The notes: generated from the letters alone by a model not told the origin. A stretch of DNA of 64,000 nucleotides from Salinispira sp. (GCA_965226555.1 CBDDDG010000001.1:88248-152247), one strand, 5' to 3'. Positions 8,323 through 18,223 are shown, numbered from the stretch's first letter. Numbers and translations are program-made.

Positions 8323-11300
8323 TCAGAGCGGAGCGTCCGCGGATGTTCCAGCCGCAATCGTTTTCCGGTATTCTATAGCAAAGTTTTGCATTGATATCCG
8401 CCTAAGCTGCGGGCATTCGCCGGAGAGGGCGTTCAGGGCTTCGGGGTCGGCAAGCACCGTCCGGTGAGCGCCCGGAAGGGCGCGGACAAGTCGTTCGGCA
8501 GCCTGCTGAATGTCGGTTCCGGTGCTTTCAATGAGCCAGCGGCGGCGCTGGCGGCGCAGATCATCGCTTATGCCGCAGGAGAAGCGCCGAAAACTGAGGT
8601 CTCCCTTTTCCGCAGGGGAAAGGGGGTGGAGTTCCCTCCCCGCGAGATAAATTTTTGCGAGATCAAGATCCGCTTGGTTAAGAGGAGCGGATGCGAGTAT
8701 GTTCAGGCTATCGGCACAGGCAGCCCAGCTCCGGCTGATCGCAGGATCACGGTAGGTAGCAAAGCTGAATGTAGCATTGAGGGGATCTGAGTTGCAGAAT
8801 GCGCCGTAGGCGCCGCCTTCCGCGCGGATTTTATCGTGGAAAATTCCGGTGCGCAGAATGTGGCTGAGAATTTGTTCGTGAACCTGTTCCCGTTCGTTCA
8901 TACCAGATGCGGGGATGGCGAGGGCAGTAAAATTGACCTTGGAGGTATATTCTATGCCTTCGGCGCCCTCCTTTGTAGGGGTATCTGTTCTGCGCTGCAT
9001 GTGGTTGTGGTCCTGAATGAGCAGGGGCCGGGTAATGTCCGACAGCGGAGTGAGAGATTTCTGAAAAGGCGCATCGTTAACATTCCCGGTAGTCTTTCTG
9101 TCAGCCCTTCTATCAGTTTTTTTGGCAGTTTTCAGCGCATTCAGGAACTTTGCGAGCTGCGTCCGCAGGCGCGGAGCCTGTTGTTCTTCGCAGACAATAC
9201 TGAGATTAAGCGATTCAGGGCTCCATATCATGCGCATGAGGGCAGAAAGCGCAGCGGGAGAGAGAAAAATATTCCCATTTTTGCGCGCGCCGCCGCCTTC
9301 ATCAGCATTCTCTTTCAGGGAATGAGCATACTGGTGAAGAGTTTCAATAAAGCGGGACTGAATAACCCCCCACCACAGGTCATCACTGAAAGCCGAAGAG
9401 GAAAATCCGCGCCGCGCCCGTATGTCGGCGTAGTTGCTGCCGTGGGGTATTATGTCTGCGCGGAAATCGTTACGATATTCCCGGTATATCTCCCGAATAT
9501 AATGCTGATCGGAAAAATCGGCAGATACCAGAATTTCCTGCAACAGAGCGAGCCCATCTCCGCTCATATCATCCAGAGTTTTGAGGCGGATGCAGATAAA
9601 TTGCCGCTGCCCGGCGCGGTCTGAGCGTCCGGTACTCAGGCCGGTTTGTCCGGTACTCAGGCCGGTCTGCCCTGCGGCGCGCCCGGTGCTGCTAAGGTCT
9701 GTGTGGTGAACAGGACTGAGTGAGAAGCCGCCCGTTTTCAGTCCCCATTCGGTGGACATGTGAGAATACGATTTTGTTTTTGTACCGAGCTGCGGGAGGA
9801 GGTGGGCGAGGAAGGGAATAAATATCTGCAATTCTTTTTCCATGTCTGTGATGTCGAAATACACATTAATGTAGCTTACGCTGTTGGTAAAGATTTTATG
9901 GATATGAAGCGGGCATCCCTGTACATCGCCTTCCTCTCGGGGAATGGTTCGGATATCCCGCGGAATGTCATCCACCGTAAGAACAGGAAATTGTGCGATA
10001 TCTTCAGGCCGGTCTTCCTGCTGCTGGAACTTCTGAAACATTTCGCTTGTCTGCCTGAGAATATCAGGAGCATGAGCGCCGAGCGATTGAACCTTACGGG
10101 ATACGAGCTCGCGTTCAGCCTGTTCCTCGCGGGCGCTCAGTTGGGGGTCGGGACTGACCGTGAGGCGGCTGCGGTGCGGATTGCTCAGGATAGCGCGGAT
10201 TAATTCTCTGAAAAAATCCTGATCGCCGATGTTTTTCAGGTTTTCAAGATGCGCGGTGAACTGCATGGCCAGTCCTGGTGTTTCGCCATGCAGCCAGCGT
10301 TTGAGGGTTCGTAAGAGAAGACGGAGCCCAAAGGGCGCGCCGCCCTTTATTTCCCTGTTATGAAATTCAAAACGCAGAAATGAGGCCCGAATGAGATCGG
10401 GATCAAGCCCTTCGCTAACTACCCGCTCCAGCCCTGAAATAATGAGCTTTTCCACTGCTGCAGCATGTTCTGCCTGTGTTCCCCGAATTCCAATGGTGAA
10501 GACGGGTTGGCGGAAATCGCTTTCAAAACCGGTACTATCGCTCATGTCCTCCCCGAGTTCCGATTCAAGAATGAGTTTCTGAATGGGGCTGGCGGGAGTT
10601 CCGAAGAGGATGTCGCTCAGGAGCTCCATTTTAATGATGTCGGCTCCGCTTTTTGGCTCAGGAATGAGCCAGTTGATATCCACAGACGTTCCATCGTTCT
10701 TTTCTTTGTCTGCCGGATATTTCACTTCGAAGGTCCGGGGATTGTCCCAGCTCTGCTGGAGCGGAACAGTTGCGCTGCTGCGCTTTTTCAGTTCATCTTC
10801 ACTGAATCGTGAAAAAATACATTCATCGAGGAAGGTGAGGTAATCTTCACTTGCTATGTTGCCGTAAAGAAAAATTCGGCAATTTGAGGGATGATAATAT
10901 CTGCGGTGAAAGGCGCAAAATTCCTCATAGCTCAGATCAGGAATGTCAGCAGGATCACCGCCCGAATCGTAGGCGTAGGGGGTATCGGGAAGGATACTCC
11001 GATATGTCCAGTCGCGGGCTATCGATTCCTGGGTTGAATATTGAGCCTTCATCTCATTGTAGACAATACCCGCAATGCGGGCGCCGGCGCTGTCGGCATC
11101 GGTACTGTCGGCATCGGTACTGTGAGCGGCGGCGCTGCCGGCGCTGGCATCCATTTCAAGACGATGCCCCTCCTGGAGAAAATGTTCCTTACGGAGCAGG
11201 GGAAAAAAGACCGCATCGGCATAGATCGACATGAGATTAAACAGATCCTTCCGAACAGGAGAAGCCGCCGGATAGATGGTTTTATCAGGAAAGGTCATCG

Positions 11301-11643
11301 CATTCAGAAAGGTCTGCATACTTCCCTTGTAGAGCATGAAAAAGGGGTCGCGAATCGGATACCGTTCGGAGCCGCATAAGACCGTATGTTCGAGAATGTG
11401 GGCAACGCCGGTGGAATTTGCGGGCAGGGTGGTGAAATTGAAACTGAAGAGGTTTTCATCATCCGTGTTATCAACATGGTATATTTCTGCGCCGCTCAAT
11501 TCTTCAACGAAAAGAATACCACGGCTTTTATACTCGTCTAAATTGTCAACTGATTTTACCCGAAAACGTCCAATTATCTGGCCGGGAGAAAATGCGCTGC
11601 TGCCGCTGCCGTTATTGGCGCCGCGGGAAGGAATATGTTTCAT
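8323..11643 (-). CDS. Peptidase M16 family (PreP/insulinase-like, M16C) zinc protease
   Basis: 1106 aa. Inverted zinc motif HILEH followed by TVLCGSERYP. Two short in-frame tandem repeats: GQTGLST x2 at 9628-9669 and STDAD x2 at 11091-11120. Confidence 0.85.
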   Translation of the reverse strand: MKHIPSRGANNGSGSSAFSPGQIIGRFRVKSVDNLDEYKSRGILFVEELSGAEIYHVDNTDDENLFSFNFTTLPANSTGVAHILEHTVLCGSERYPIRDPFFMLYKGSMQTFLNAMTFPDKTIYPAASPVRKDLFNLMSIYADAVFFPLLRKEHFLQEGHRLEMDASAGSAAAHSTDADSTDADSAGARIAGIVYNEMKAQYSTQESIARDWTYRSILPDTPYAYDSGGDPADIPDLSYEEFCAFHRRYYHPSNCRIFLYGNIASEDYLTFLDECIFSRFSEDELKKRSSATVPLQQSWDNPRTFEVKYPADKEKNDGTSVDINWLIPEPKSGADIIKMELLSDILFGTPASPIQKLILESELGEDMSDSTGFESDFRQPVFTIGIRGTQAEHAAAVEKLIISGLERVVSEGLDPDLIRASFLRFEFHNREIKGGAPFGLRLLLRTLKRWLHGETPGLAMQFTAHLENLKNIGDQDFFRELIRAILSNPHRSRLTVSPDPQLSAREEQAERELVSRKVQSLGAHAPDILRQTSEMFQKFQQQEDRPEDIAQFPVLTVDDIPRDIRTIPREEGDVQGCPLHIHKIFTNSVSYINVYFDITDMEKELQIFIPFLAHLLPQLGTKTKSYSHMSTEWGLKTGGFSLSPVHHTDLSSTGRAAGQTGLSTGQTGLSTGRSDRAGQRQFICIRLKTLDDMSGDGLALLQEILVSADFSDQHYIREIYREYRNDFRADIIPHGSNYADIRARRGFSSSAFSDDLWWGVIQSRFIETLHQYAHSLKENADEGGGARKNGNIFLSPAALSALMRMIWSPESLNLSIVCEEQQAPRLRTQLAKFLNALKTAKKTDRRADRKTTGNVNDAPFQKSLTPLSDITRPLLIQDHNHMQRRTDTPTKEGAEGIEYTSKVNFTALAIPASGMNEREQVHEQILSHILRTGIFHDKIRAEGGAYGAFCNSDPLNATFSFATYRDPAISRSWAACADSLNILASAPLNQADLDLAKIYLAGRELHPLSPAEKGDLSFRRFSCGISDDLRRQRRRWLIESTGTDIQQAAERLVRALPGAHRTVLADPEALNALSGECPQLRRISMQNFAIEYRKTIAAGTSADAPL

Positions 11644-11650
11644 AATGTGT

Positions 11651-12325
11651 TCACCATTCTGAATCTGTCATAAGAGTCAGTTTGTTTTTTGCCCGCTGAT
11701 CGTCCGGATTAATTTTCAGAACTTTGCGGAAGGCCTTTATGGCATCAATGTTTCTATGAAGTCCGTAGTAGGCTTGTCCGAGCATGTAGTGCGCTTCGCT
11801 GAGGTTAGGGGTTTCCTCAAGAAGTTCTTCAAGAAGGATGACAGCATCGGAGAATTCATTCTGTTTGAGTTTGAGTTGGGCAAGGAAGAAGTTTGCTATG
11901 AGAGATTCAGGCGCGTTATTGCGGAAGGCGCTGAAGGCCTGTTGTGAATCATCTTCCTTACCAAGAAAAAAATTGATGAGACCGACAAAGTAGGCTGCCA
12001 TGGCATGTCCGTCCTTTTGCATGACCCTGTTAAAGGCTTCCAGCGATTTCACCAGCTCCCCTCTCCGAAAATACGTGACCCCCAGTTTGTAATAGGCCAG
12101 ACCCCAATGAGGTTCACACTGCAACGCTTTAAGATACCACTCGATGCTCTGTTTGAGTTTTCCTGTTGAATAATAAATGTTTCCAATTGTCAAAGGTATA
12201 AAGCTGCTTTTCGGATACTTTTTGAGCAGTGTAAGAAATGATTTCTCGGCTGCATCCCAGTTGCCGAGCATGAAATCGCTCATGGCTTCAATGTATTCCG
12301 GATCGGATTGATTCAGTGCCTTCAT
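11651..12325 (-). CDS. Tetratricopeptide repeat protein
   Basis: 224 aa with repeated TPR-like W/Y-x-A-x-Y helices (AEKSFLTLLKKYP, SIEWYLKALQCEP, AYYKLGVTYFRRG, AHYMLGQAYYGL). Confidence 0.7.
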   Translation of the reverse strand: MKALNQSDPEYIEAMSDFMLGNWDAAEKSFLTLLKKYPKSSFIPLTIGNIYYSTGKLKQSIEWYLKALQCEPHWGLAYYKLGVTYFRRGELVKSLEAFNRVMQKDGHAMAAYFVGLINFFLGKEDDSQQAFSAFRNNAPESLIANFFLAQLKLKQNEFSDAVILLEELLEETPNLSEAHYMLGQAYYGLHRNIDAIKAFRKVLKINPDDQRAKNKLTLMTDSEW

Positions 12326-13701
12326 ATCATGCTCCTCGGGTCAAGAATTGAATTGAGTTCATCTTCACTGATAATTTTCTCTTCAAGAACAAGATCGCGA
12401 ATTTTTTTCTTCTCCCTGTATGCCCGGTAGGCCAGCGTACTCGCCCGATCATAGCCGATTTTCACAGCCAGCGGAGTAACCATGGCGAGGCTCCAGTCTA
12501 TCCAGTAACGGCAGCGTTCGCTGTCGGCCGCGGCGCCGCGAATGGCCTTGTCGGCCAGTGTGTTGCAGGCCTTTGTGAGTATGGTAATGGAGCTCAGCAC
12601 TTCATAGGCTATGAGGGGGTTCATCATGTTCAGTTCGAGAGGCGCGTTCTGTCCTCCCATGGTAACGGAAATGACCTTACCGTGAACATGGGCAGCAACC
12701 TGAATGATCATTTCCGGAATAACAGGGTTCACCTTCCCGGGCATAATGGAGCTGCCGGGCTGAAGGCTGGGAAGAAGAATTTCACCGAGGGCGCCGCGGG
12801 GACCGCTGGCAAGAAGGCGCAGATCGTTGGCAATTTTCATAAGCGATGTTGCAAGAACATTCACTGCCCCCATAAATGCTACCTGAGCGTCTCGGGCGGC
12901 AATGCCTTCAAACTTGTTAGCGGCAGGAACAAAGCCTATGCCGGTATCGGCGGCAATGCCGGAAATTGCGCGGTCGGCAAAGTCCGGGTGAGTGTTCAGA
13001 CCCGTACCAATTGCCGTACCGCCGAGGGGAAGTTCTTCCATGTCAGCAAAGCTGTTGCGGATGCGCGCCGCGGCCTTTTGAATTTGCAGGGCGTACACAG
13101 CAAATTCCTGACCGAGGGACATGGGTACGGCGTCCTGAAGGTGGGTTCGCCCGAGTTTGAGTACCTCGGAAAATTCATCGGCCTTTGCCGTGAAGGCATC
13201 GGCGAGGTTGGTAAGTGAGGCGAGCAGGCCATCCGCTTCAACGCGGTTGGAAATGTGCAGGGCTGCGGGGATAACGTCGTTTGAGCTTTGTCCGCGGTTG
13301 ACGTGATCATTCGGATGTACGGGTTTCCGCATGCCGATGGGTTCGCCGAGAATTTCATTTGCGCGGTTGGCGATGACTTCGTTCGCGTTCATATTGCTGC
13401 TGGTGCCGCTGCCGGTCTGAAACACATCAACCGGAAAATGGTCATTCCATTTTCCCTCATACACCTCTGTTGCGGCCTGTATAATGGCCTCCGCACGTTC
13501 CGGCTCCAGAAGTCCGAGCTCCCGGTTCGCAGCGGCGGCATTCTTCTTAATGAGGGCGATTGCCTGAATCATTGCCGACGGCAGGACAATGCCCGATATC
13601 CTGAAATTCTCTACAGCCCGCTGTGTCTGCGCGCCCCAATAGGCCCATGCGGGAATTTCAATATCTCCCATGCTGTCTGACTCAATTCTTTTTTCATTCA
13701 T
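12322..13701 (-). CDS. fumC: Class II fumarate hydratase
   Basis: 459 aa. Lyase-1 signature GSSIMPGKVNP, plus HPNDHVNRGQSSND and WGAQTQRAVENF. The Gly in the signature favours FumC over AspA. Confidence 0.85.
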   Translation of the reverse strand: MNEKRIESDSMGDIEIPAWAYWGAQTQRAVENFRISGIVLPSAMIQAIALIKKNAAAANRELGLLEPERAEAIIQAATEVYEGKWNDHFPVDVFQTGSGTSSNMNANEVIANRANEILGEPIGMRKPVHPNDHVNRGQSSNDVIPAALHISNRVEADGLLASLTNLADAFTAKADEFSEVLKLGRTHLQDAVPMSLGQEFAVYALQIQKAAARIRNSFADMEELPLGGTAIGTGLNTHPDFADRAISGIAADTGIGFVPAANKFEGIAARDAQVAFMGAVNVLATSLMKIANDLRLLASGPRGALGEILLPSLQPGSSIMPGKVNPVIPEMIIQVAAHVHGKVISVTMGGQNAPLELNMMNPLIAYEVLSSITILTKACNTLADKAIRGAAADSERCRYWIDWSLAMVTPLAVKIGYDRASTLAYRAYREKKKIRDLVLEEKIISEDELNSILDPRSMI

Positions 13702-14616
13702 AAAAATTTTTGCTCCTGAAAGTTTCCGCTATATGGCAAGCATTTCATATAGTTCTCCATAAATTCCCAATTCGGGTTGCCATCCTCATTATAAGGATAT
13801 TTGCCTTCTCCGTACTCCTTTATTTCCTTCTTTGTAAAACTCTTTGAACCTTTTATTTCAAATAGATCTTTCAAACTAAAATACTGCCACTTATGAAGTG
13901 GAATAATGGGTGAGCCATGCCTTCTTAATGCTGTCCCATTTATTATCATAATTTGCCCTGCCTCCCACTTTCATATTATAAAAACCATCATTTTTCCAGT
14001 AGGCAAAATATGACTTGTACCCTTCTCTGTGTGGTTCCTTGGCTTTCATAACAATTACACACGTTGTTGTACCTGCCTTTCATTAAATTACTTCTCCCAT
14101 CGCCATGAATGTACATATTGGAGCATAGGAGCGAATAAATATCGTGTTGGAATTCAACACCTACTATTTGACTTTGTTTAATGTGCCTTTCTTTTTCTTC
14201 ATTGCCACCAGCATCTCTAATCATGTTTTTCATGGCAGATATTAAGAATCCACCGGTACCCGTGCAGGTATCTAAAACCACAGAAGCCTTGTTCACATAG
14301 GCTATTTCAGAAAATAATTCTGTTATATGGGGAGGAGTCAAAACTATGCCCAAACCTTTGTCGTTATTGGCACATCGTAAAAATTCTATATAAAACTGCC
14401 CGAGGGCATCGAAGTACTTATATTGTTATCATCGCCGCTAACAGCAATGGCAAGAACATCGTATTCTTTAGACAAAAAAGAGGCATAGAGCAAAACCCCA
14501 TCGACAGCATAACTCCCATATTGTTTTCTATTCTGGCTTTCGTGTTGAGTTACACTGGCCTTACATTCAACAACAATGATTACATGTACATTTTCCGTTA
14601 TTCTCTCGTTAGCCAT
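13698..14616 (-). pseudogene. Decayed N6-adenine DNA methyltransferase / R-M subunit (nuclease-like N-domain, SAM domain, specificity-domain remnants) split into three frames
   Basis: ORFs 14386-14616 (VIIVVECK, ExK-type HsdR_N-like), 13988-14353 (TPPHITELF...DTCTGTGGFL motif I, no intact NPPY/F motif) and 13698-13949 (WQYFSLKDLFEIKGS, TRD-like start fused to a conserved end). They are collinear but lie in different frames. Confidence 0.6.
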
Positions 14617-14648
14617 TTATCTCCCTCTGCGCTGAATGGTCCACAAGA

Positions 14649-14726
14649 GAAACTTTTGCAAAGCACAATTTTCAGTAGCAAAACTTTCCAAGAGTATAAC
14701 AGAAACCTTCATTAATGCAAAAGTTT
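14649..14726. repeat. Degenerate copy of the AAACTTTTGC/GCACAATTT palindromic repeat family, 3-prime flank of the SIR2 operon
   Basis: GAGAAACTTTTGCAAAGCACAATTTTCAGTAGCAAAACTTTCC ... AATGCAAAAGTTTTT shares arms with the elements at 18407, 20353, 45694, 49342 and 49905. Confidence 0.6.
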
Positions 14727-15872
14727 TTATCTGAATTTTATTGATGATAAAAACGATGCAGCCGATTCTAATCCTTTCCAGAAAAAGTCATTCTCATTAA
14801 TATTGTGGAAAATAGTAGAAAAGTTCTTCATTAATTGACGCCTGTGATCTTTTTCCTTCTCTTTTTGGATGATTTTAACAGCTGGAGGATTATTTCTCAA
14901 TGATACAGCGCGCAGAAAAATATCGCGAATATCAATATCGGAAACGGGGAGCGAATAGCCAATAAAGGTAATTTTATGAGCATTTTGAATTGCATGGAGT
15001 ACCTCCGTTTGTATCGATTGAAAACTCCCAATAAATTTATGCTTATGAAAAGTTGGCGTTACAATAATCGGCTGCAATGCAACACTGCGCTTCGATAAAA
15101 TTTGTCGATCCTCATCGGATTCAAAAAGAATTGGAATTTCTGTAGATTGCTGAGTATTCTGCCCTGTCGATTCTTGCAAAATTTCTTCTGATTTTTTATC
15201 TGAAAAACAATAGATGCACGTTTCATATTCTAGGGATTGAGAATCTACTCTGAATAAACGCTCGCATGCCGGACACAATCGCCAATCGATGGAGCCATGA
15301 GGCTTGAGTACTGTTATTGGTTTTTGATTCGAATCGGTATCTGTTCCATTTTTCATTACTATTGGGATGGTATCTCCAAAATGAATATCATACTCATAAT
15401 CTTGCTTGAGAAGCATTTCCAATAGCCAATCCCAATTCATGCTAATAAAGGTTACCTGTACATTTTCTTGAATAATCTGACTCATTAATGAATGAAACGG
15501 GCTCGGATCAATATCATGGCTCATCTGTTCTGTTAAGAGAATGAGAATGAGTGAATTTAAAGACGTTTTAATTTCTAATAATTTTTGCGGAGTATAAGTT
15601 CCTAAATTTCTTTCTGCTGCAATTGCTGAATCAATACTGCTATAGACATCTTCCAATAATATCTGCTCCTCAATAGTTTGATTACCGTAAACTGCTCGCA
15701 AAAATTTCACAACATCATGTACTAAAGGAGCAGATTCAATGCTTACGCGTTCACGAAAATCATCTGCCAGAATTTTAGTAAGCAATTGTTCCTGAAGAGG
15801 AAATCCCATCGCGCGGGAGAATCCGGCACCGATAATTACCGTGTGTGTTTTTGCTGGATGAGTTTTATCCAA
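14727..15872 (-). CDS. SIR2-family (SIR2_2-like) protein, predicted NAD-consuming effector
   Basis: 381 aa with a TTG start. Landmarks: VIIGAGFSRAMGFP, FISMNWDWLLE (TTNYD-like, Asn position), VLKPHGSIDW (catalytic His position), CPAC-x19-CIYC zinc ribbon, ITFIGYSLPVSDIDI. Overlaps the upstream gene by 37 nt. Confidence 0.8.
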   Translation of the reverse strand: MDKTHPAKTHTVIIGAGFSRAMGFPLQEQLLTKILADDFRERVSIESAPLVHDVVKFLRAVYGNQTIEEQILLEDVYSSIDSAIAAERNLGTYTPQKLLEIKTSLNSLILILLTEQMSHDIDPSPFHSLMSQIIQENVQVTFISMNWDWLLEMLLKQDYEYDIHFGDTIPIVMKNGTDTDSNQKPITVLKPHGSIDWRLCPACERLFRVDSQSLEYETCIYCFSDKKSEEILQESTGQNTQQSTEIPILFESDEDRQILSKRSVALQPIIVTPTFHKHKFIGSFQSIQTEVLHAIQNAHKITFIGYSLPVSDIDIRDIFLRAVSLRNNPPAVKIIQKEKEKDHRRQLMKNFSTIFHNINENDFFWKGLESAASFLSSIKFR

Positions 15873-17197
15873 ATTTTTAGGTGCTCCGTAGATGTATATT
15901 CAGATTTTTTATTCCATTCAATGAAATCATGCAGGTTTTTCATATTGATCTTATCCTCTACAATCTCAGAAATTTTATTCAACACAAAATGCACTTGATT
16001 ATTCCACAATGTTTCAGATGTCGGCATGAGCTTTTCAGTATTGGGGATTGCTTTTCTCGCCCCATAATGTTCGGCAAAAACTGTTTGAGTAAATTTCCCT
16101 GGGGACAATATTTCATGGCATTTCAAGCAGCCGCACACTTTCTTAGTATAGGCTGAATCAAATTCCTTTCTCATTTGCAGAATTGCATCGACAATTTCAA
16201 ACCTCATTCGCTGTTGCGCGTACGGCAAATAAAATTTGGCAGTCGGTAGTCCTCCTCCAACCGGCAATACGCTGCGATATTCTCCATAACCCGGCCCATG
16301 AGCAATACCATTCAGTCGTTTTTCTTTTTTCAAAAGCGTAGAAAACCCGCCTCCATATAAATTAATGACTTTTTTACCTTTATAGTTAAAATGTATGAGC
16401 AATTCCCGATACGCTTGCAGGTATTTTTCATTTTGAGAAGTCTCGTCAAAATTATTAATCCACAACAGCAATGTGGAAATTTTTGATGTGGAATACACGT
16501 CCTTAATCTGCTTCATTTTATCTGGGTCTAATAAAACACTCTTTTCTACAATTATCTCCAAAGCAGTCTCTATATCGTCATTTCTTGGATTTTTGTCATA
16601 CTCTTGAATAATCGTTTTGTTTATTTTTAACGCTTTGTCAAAATCTGCAAGAGTCATGTATAAGCAGGGCAGTATTATAAATGTTGGTTTAGGAGAAATA
16701 TCGGATTCTTCTTCGTAATCAGAATAACCTTTTTTTTCCATTGCTTCTTGGGACAGGCTGTTTTGAATATAATGTGTTTGAAATTCCAGAACATTTTTCG
16801 TGAGGTCACTAATATTGGCTGCTATATCGGAGAATTGGAGGGCTTGCTTGGTTTTGATAATTTGTTGGCCTAAGCGACCAAAACGCTGCAGTAATTTCTC
16901 CATAGATTTCTTTAGAGTCATACTATCTGTGTTCGCGTAGTACTTCAGTGGGTCTATGGTGAGAACATACGTCATAGGATCAATAAAAAATGAACAGTTT
17001 CCGAATGTTATTGTGAGCATTTTGGCAATTGCCGCCGGCGTATGTACGGCAACATTGCCGTTTATTACGATTCCAGTTTTTTTCTGGGAAATATATTGTT
17101 TTATTAAAGGTTCCAAGAGAATTTTTTTCTCGTTGTGAGAACCGAATCGGATAAACTGTTCAGTTTTCATTATGCTGCCTGCATAATTTAATATCAT
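15836..17197 (-). CDS. Hypothetical protein with a TGT/DpdA-like motif layout (CxCxxC)
   Basis: 453 aa, or 444 aa from the alternative ATG at 17170. Ordered motifs FFIDPMTY, VINLYGGGFSTLL, NGIAHGPGYGEYR, CGCLKC, NNQVHFVLNKI. Overlaps both neighbours. Confidence 0.55.
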   Translation of the reverse strand: MILNYAGSIMKTEQFIRFGSHNEKKILLEPLIKQYISQKKTGIVINGNVAVHTPAAIAKMLTITFGNCSFFIDPMTYVLTIDPLKYYANTDSMTLKKSMEKLLQRFGRLGQQIIKTKQALQFSDIAANISDLTKNVLEFQTHYIQNSLSQEAMEKKGYSDYEEESDISPKPTFIILPCLYMTLADFDKALKINKTIIQEYDKNPRNDDIETALEIIVEKSVLLDPDKMKQIKDVYSTSKISTLLLWINNFDETSQNEKYLQAYRELLIHFNYKGKKVINLYGGGFSTLLKKEKRLNGIAHGPGYGEYRSVLPVGGGLPTAKFYLPYAQQRMRFEIVDAILQMRKEFDSAYTKKVCGCLKCHEILSPGKFTQTVFAEHYGARKAIPNTEKLMPTSETLWNNQVHFVLNKISEIVEDKINMKNLHDFIEWNKKSEYTSTEHLKIWIKLIQQKHTR

Positions 17198-17600
17198 CGA
17201 ATATTTCTAAAAAATTCTTTCTTAAAAATTCATTATGCATTCTTGATTTTTTGTCGACAATCTTTTCTATTTCTTTCTTATCTTGATCCCAAATATAAAA
17301 TGAGAGATCAAATTTGTTTATTTTTTCTTCAATTGTTGTTGTATTGCGCGGGACAGTTGCCTTCGGCATAATGAGAATTGCCTTGTCGACAACACAGCTG
17401 TGATCCTTCAATTGTTCAATAGCTCTCTTCCAATTCTTTAGTTTTACTTCAATAGAAATTAAGGAATTGTCCTTTTGCAAAAATATGTCTACAATACGCG
17501 ACATGAGGGGAATTTCCCTATAAACCTTGTACGTTTTTCCGTCCAACGGTTCATGGGTAAAATACCTAAGCAATTCCGTTTGAACTTTTGCCTCCGTCAC
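17160..17600 (-). CDS. Small PD-(D/E)xK (restriction-endonuclease-fold) protein
   Basis: IVDIFLQKDNSLISIEVKLKNWKRAIEQLKDH is a D...ExK...Q pattern. A GTG at 17600 overlaps the upstream TGA (GTGA), giving 146 aa. The 203-aa ORF-track version (start 17771) would overlap the upstream gene by 175 nt. Confidence 0.55.
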   Translation of the reverse strand: MTEAKVQTELLRYFTHEPLDGKTYKVYREIPLMSRIVDIFLQKDNSLISIEVKLKNWKRAIEQLKDHSCVVDKAILIMPKATVPRNTTTIEEKINKFDLSFYIWDQDKKEIEKIVDKKSRMHNEFLRKNFLEIFDDIKLCRQHNEN

Positions 17601-18217
17601 AACGTATATTCTCCCAATACTTGGTTTTTTATTAATGAATTTTTCGTAGAATCGGGATATCGCGTGTAAACATAGTGCAGAATTGTCTGTAAGGTTTTGT
17701 GTATAATGCTTGTTTTGAATCGTACGAGAATTTCCCGTTGGGGTTCGGTTAAATTTGTCCATGAAAACCATTTCTGAGGCGAGGTAATAACTTTCTTTCC
17801 TTCTCCGCTAAGCGTATATTTTTCAATTTCATGCGTATAATCATTAATCCCTAAATTATCATTTTCAAAACCCCTCATATTCGATTCCCAGACATCATCG
17901 GCTCTACCTATTTGAGAATAAGAAATGCTTATAGTAAGCATATGTTTCGCGTTTAAAAAATCCACTGCTTCCAACACGTCTGTGCTGAATGGTCCAAAAT
18001 TATAGGCTTCAAAATCAAAAGAAGAAATATTGTCAGACGGATTCAGGAATTTCTGCTGTACTTCCTGCTCAAAAAGGTACATCATCTTCATTAATCGCGT
18101 TCTGCCAGTAATTGGATATGCGATATTTTGATCCAGATCGCCGTATAAGGTGAGATGCACCGGCGCATAAAGCAGCAGGTGTAAAATATGAACGCATTTA
18201 TAATTTTTCTTCGGCAT
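17597..18217 (-). CDS. SocA/Panacea (DUF4065)-like protein, first gene of the SIR2 operon
   Basis: 206 aa. GRTRLMKMMYLFEQE...FDFEAYNFGPFSTDVLEAVDFL matches my recollection of the DUF4065 core (KLQKLLY...W.YGP). The C-terminal YTLSGEGKK looks wHTH-like. Confidence 0.5.
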   Translation of the reverse strand: MPKKNYKCVHILHLLLYAPVHLTLYGDLDQNIAYPITGRTRLMKMMYLFEQEVQQKFLNPSDNISSFDFEAYNFGPFSTDVLEAVDFLNAKHMLTISISYSQIGRADDVWESNMRGFENDNLGINDYTHEIEKYTLSGEGKKVITSPQKWFSWTNLTEPQREILVRFKTSIIHKTLQTILHYVYTRYPDSTKNSLIKNQVLGEYTL

Positions 18218-18223
18218 GACAAG

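Noticed and set aside
17601-17771. N-terminal 57 codons of the 203-aa version of the small PD-(D/E)xK gene
   Set aside because: That start would overlap the upstream gene by 175 nt in another frame. A GTG at 17600 gives a GTGA stop/start junction like the other junctions of the operon. The longer form cannot be formally excluded without expression data.
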